NCBI RefSeq assembly: GCF_041956535.1
Contig: NW_027192195.1
Location: 1,095,189-1,159,188 of the forward strand
Origin: Calcarisporiella thermophila CBS 279.70
Lineage: Eukaryota; Fungi; Calcarisporiellomycota
Direction of reading: 5' to 3'
Length of the DNA: 64,000 bases
Shown here: positions 59,880 through 64,000 of the stretch, in pieces
Position numbering within the stretch: the first letter of the stretch is position 1
How the letters are laid out: every line of letters begins with the position of its first letter
Made by a program: the position numbers and the translations under genes
Notes under the pieces: generated by a model
Databases searched by the model: none
What the model was told of the DNA's origin: nothing
What the model saw: the letters and a program-made list of their open reading frames with translations, nothing else

Positions 59880-62151
59880 ATGCTGTTGAGGACCCGCCGG
59901 TCTGATAAGGATCTTCGTCGCAGGCAGGATGCTCAGCCCATCTCTGTCTCAAAACCCACCATCGACACAAAGAATCTCGCCATTATCCCCCCCATCAAGG
60001 CCATCAGGGCGCTATGCGATTACCAGGCCACACTTCCTGGCGAACTCTCCTTTTCAAAGGGAGATTTCTTTCATTTGATTGATGATAACCTTGGAAACTG
60101 GTATGAGGTCTCCAATCCTTTAACAAAGGTGAGGGGAATGGTGCCCGCACACAATTTTGAAGTGTTGGAAAAAGGGAGACAGGGGACAAGAGGAGAAAAT
60201 ATGAAAACTGGAGCAGGAGGATCATCTGGTATTTCAAATGGACCATGGTTGAATTCTAAAACCCCCCTCTGATCCGATTCTGCTTGTCTTTGGTAGTGTT
60301 AGTTGCCACCCTCCCGGAGCCAAATGTTTTCCAGGCTTTGGTGGTATGCGTCGTAGATTCGTTCTCCCCTTTGGATGATGCCCTCTAATTAAGCTTGCAT
60401 TCTCTCTTTTCTTATCTAAACAAAAGTTGTACGATTTCTCTGCCGAGCGTGAAGATGAACTGGAGGTGAAGGCTGGCGAACGCATCTTGGTGCTTGCCAA
60501 TGCAAACCCTCAGTGGCTAGTCGCTAGACCTTCTGATCGCCCGGGCAACCCAGGGTTAATACCGCTCTCCTTTGTACAAATTCTCTCCCACCCATCCCAA
60601 TCTAATCCACCCGCCGCCGCTCCCGCACCGAAGCCGACCCTAGAAATACACTCCACCGAGCCTCCGCTTACGCCAGTGTCGCCCACGCACCCGCACTCTC
60701 CCATCAAACCCTTTGGCGACTTTTCACGGAAGATGTCGGAACACAGTGTTGGTGGAGGAGGGGGCGGGGGTGGGGATAGAGGCGGAGGTGGGGAGGGCAA
60801 TGGGGAGAGACTGTTTGTGAGAAAAGAAAAGGTCTCCATCACTTCCTCGTCAAGCAACATCTCCATCCTTTCTCCCCCTCCGGAGGAGGAGGAGCAGCTT
60901 GAATTTCCCCTGGCGGTTGCTACCGTCATTGATGCACGGGCGGAGGCCTATTGGTTTGAGGGGGAGATGTTTATGTGTCGGGTTCGCACTACCTTCTCGG
61001 ACGGCACCTCCCAACTCATCACTCGCTCCTACGACGATTTCTACTCTTTTCACCGCCAGCTCTTGGCCCACTTCCCCTCCGAGGCCGGCCGCACCAAGGG
61101 ACAAAAGCGAACCCTCCCGTTCTTGCCGGGGGCCGTCCAGAAGGCGGATGGAGAGGTGGTGGTCGCCGAGCTGTGTGATGCCCTGACCCTTTACCTGAGA
61201 GAGCTTTTCCGATTGCCTGGCCATATCCTTGGTCACCCGTTGGTGGAGCGCCTGTTGCCGCCAAGAGGCCTACAGCTGCCCAATGGAGGACAAGGCGAGA
61301 GAAGGCCCAGCGACTACGCGATGATGGGCCACTCGGCCCCGACAGAACACCTGTACACTCGGTCTGCATCCGTGCCTACCATCCCGGCCATTCCCACCAA
61401 GAAACAGCCTGCCTTTACCCCATCCGCTCAAAAAATGCATCCCCCCCCGCCCCCTCCACCCCCGCCCTCCTCCCAACCGAAACAGGAGCCCCCATCCTTA
61501 CAGCGCCATTCGCATCAGCGAACGCAACTCCGTCGGCCAAGGGCCACCATTTCGGGGATGGCTGCAGGTCACGAGCACGGCAAGCCAACCACAGAGCGCG
61601 GCGCACCGTCTCAGGCTGGATTGTTAAGAAAGGTGGCCTCTGCGCCCCGCCTCCGCAATCCTAAGCAGGTCTCATCCACCGCAATCCCATCGGCTATGCC
61701 GCTAGGAAAGGCGCCCGCACCTCTCACGGAGCGCGTCCATCCGCAGCCTAATAAATCTCCCAACATGGGCGCGTCGAAACTCCCCATGCCCAAACGCGCC
61801 AATTCGCGGCCCCCACAACTCGATACGCCTGCAAAACCGCTTCCCGTCCACGCATCCATTCCCACAACTCCTACCTCTACCTCTTTCTCCTTCCCTCATC
61901 AATCCCAGTCGCGCTCCCACGATTATATCAAAGTGAAGGCGCACCTCGACGACGAAATCATCGCCGTCCGTATGCCGCTCTCACTGACCTTTGCGGACCT
62001 ACAGGCAAAGCTTGCCGACCGACTTGAGGGGTGGTCGCGCATCGAGTGGCATGATCCCCAGAGTGGCCGGGTGGTGAGCGTGCGCGGGGACGGAAGGCTC
62101 AGGGAGATTCTCGACGTTTGTGGGTGGAAGTTGGTGGTGCACTTGCATTAA
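59880..62151 (+). CDS. Bem1/Scd2-like polarity scaffold (SH3-SH3-PX-PB1)
   Basis: IRALCDY...ELSFSKGDFF, LYDFSAEREDEL...PGLIPLSFV, PX domain RSYDDFYSFH...FPSEAG...LPFLPG and PB1 domain IKVK. Small internal exon at about 60298-60343. Confidence 0.88.
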
Positions 62152-63076
62152 TCGATGTATTTTGTATAAAGACATTGCCCAGGAGGTTATGCGAGGGATT
62201 GTCCTCAGCTCTATACATACATGAACACATACACCTACATACATCTATATATTTCTATATATTTCTATATATCTGCGGTGACTCCTTTAATTTTTTTTTT
62301 TCCCGTTCCGTCCCGTTTCATTTCGTTTCGTTCTCTCTCTTTTTATGTTAAAATGTATTATTCATCTCCCTGCCATCTGCTGCGCTTTCTTTTTATTCTT
62401 TGATGTTCATTTGTTATTTTTTTTCTCCTATTCTTCTTTCGACTCGCTTCTCTCTCTCATCCCCCGAGAAAATGGTCATCTCTTGTAGGCAGTGCATTGT
62501 TCCGTTCCGTCCATTCCACATTTATCTATAAATGTTGCATCCGGTTGTTTCCATATGCCTTCATCTTGAGGTTGGACCCGAAAGCTGCCAACCGTGGAAA
62601 ACGGTGTATGCAATCTCTCGGAAAAAAGAAAAAGAACTGCAAAGGCACAACAGGTCGCATGGCCTGGGAACCCTACCGGAGAAGGGCGGCCGGGATTGGT
62701 GGGTTCCGGCGTCTGAAAGGCTGTCTGATGATCGAATGAATGCCTAATTTGCCACCTTGTGCAAATCAAGCGACGGGCAGCTGGTGAGAGGAGATCGAGA
62801 GCGTAAGTGTTTCATGCTATGTTTTCTACCCGAAATACCCTGTCTATTTGGTGCTCTTTTTCTCCTCTTCCTAGCTCTGTATTTTAGCATTGAGTTGCTT
62901 CTCATAGTTAACATATCCCTTCTCCCCCCTCCCCATCTCCCACCCCATTCCACTGCTAATACTTCTCCTGCCTCTTCTTTCTACCAGCATCGCTTTGGTT
63001 ACGACAATACCTTCTGGAACACTTTGTGCGTGCGTTTAGGCTAATCTCTGTGTACAACAATCTTATCACTATCTGA

Positions 63077-64000
63077 ATGAGACTCTTTCCATCCTGTTTT
63101 GTCTTCTCTATTCTTCCACTGTTGACGCACTCTTACCATCAGCTTCGATTCCGCTCCCTGGATATATTTGAGACGGCCGCTGCTGAACCAATACCACCGA
63201 GCTTTCGATTCGAGGAAGCGAGCATCGTCGACCTACAGGTAATGTGCCAGAGAATAAAGAAAAGAAATGCAGGGGGATCGAAGCGGAGGCGAAGCAGGGC
63301 TAATTCCATGAACCTTTCCATGCAGAGAGCCTTAGATGGGGGTGAGATAACAAGCCGTCAGTTGGTAGCTTGGTATTTAAATCGCATCAAGGTAGCAATG
63401 TTGACGCAGATCCTCGCATAGTAGCTTGCTTCTGACCTAATCTATGCTGCTGTAGAGGTACGATGGGACCTATCGATCGGTGCAACAGGTGAATCCCGAT
63501 GTGTTCCACATTGCTGGTATGAGTGCTAGTGGGGGATAGGTTGGATTTCCCAGCTAGAATGTTAACGGCAATGACGTTTCTACTAGACTCGCTCGATGCC
63601 GAGAGAAAGGCTGGAGAGAAACGAGGTCCATTGCACGGAATACCGATATTACTGAAGGATGTAGGTGCCTTCTTTTCTTCTTATACAGAGCCGCCATTAT
63701 ACTAGAACATACTCATCCCTGTGCATACTAGAACATCGCGACAGGCGATCAGATGGATACCACCGCTGGTTCACTCGCTCTTCTGGACATTCGCTGCCAC
63801 CCTCCCCGTGATTCTTTCCTTGCCCAACGTTTGCGCGCCCATGGCGCGATCCTCCTGGGCAAAGCCTGCATGTCCGAGTGGGCCAACTTTCGAACTCTCA
63901 ACGGATCAGCCCACACCCGGTATCATGACCCCGACGGATGGAGCGGGCGCTGTGGCCAGACGGCCAACGCATACAACACCTCCACCAGTCCAAGCGGGTC
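63077..64000 (+). CDS. Amidase-signature enzyme, 5' part (truncated by window end)
   Basis: EEASIVDLQ, ITSRQLV, GPLHGIPILLKD|NIAT, TTAGSLAL, GAILLGKACMSEWANFR and PSGS at the window end; hydrophobic N-terminus. Confidence 0.9.

Overview
Gene-dense eukaryotic nuclear DNA with many short GT-AG introns and at least two GC-AG introns. It is most consistent with an early-diverging (non-Dikarya) fungus; this is inferred from gene content and intron style, and the organism cannot be named. Recognisable genes: IMP4, a SNAPC4-like Myb protein, two tandem vasculin/GPBP1-like paralogues, two convergent kexin paralogues, mitochondrial EF-Tu, a divergent HExxH-type M49 (DPP III-like) peptidase, an ERMP1-like M28 peptidase, VRG4, an NT-C2 protein, an RBR E3 ligase, LTO1, a TBC1D13-like RabGAP, tRNA-Ala(CGC), PEX11, NAS6/gankyrin, a BRD7/9-like protein with a C-terminal GATA finger, RRP9, RNR small subunit, a NOL4-like integrase-H2C2 protein, TVP18, a Bem1-like scaffold and a truncated amidase. 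Decayed material: a Crinkler-type P-loop pseudogene, LINE-like fragments and an MFS pseudogene. Strongest unexplained signals: (1) a full-length tRNA-derived SINE at 38075-38409 with A/B boxes, genomic CCA, an anticodon-less tRNA-like fold, an A-tail and a perfect 16-bp target-site duplication, plus a second diverged copy, next to a tRNA gene; (2) an intronless 88-aa ORF carrying a bacterial DDNG...RGHKQ motif behind a mitochondrial-presequence-like leader; (3) the BRD7/9-GATA fusion; (4) the DPP III-like gene with a remodelled active site. Family assignments rest on motifs recalled from memory, not on database searches. Multi-exon genes are given as start-to-stop spans.
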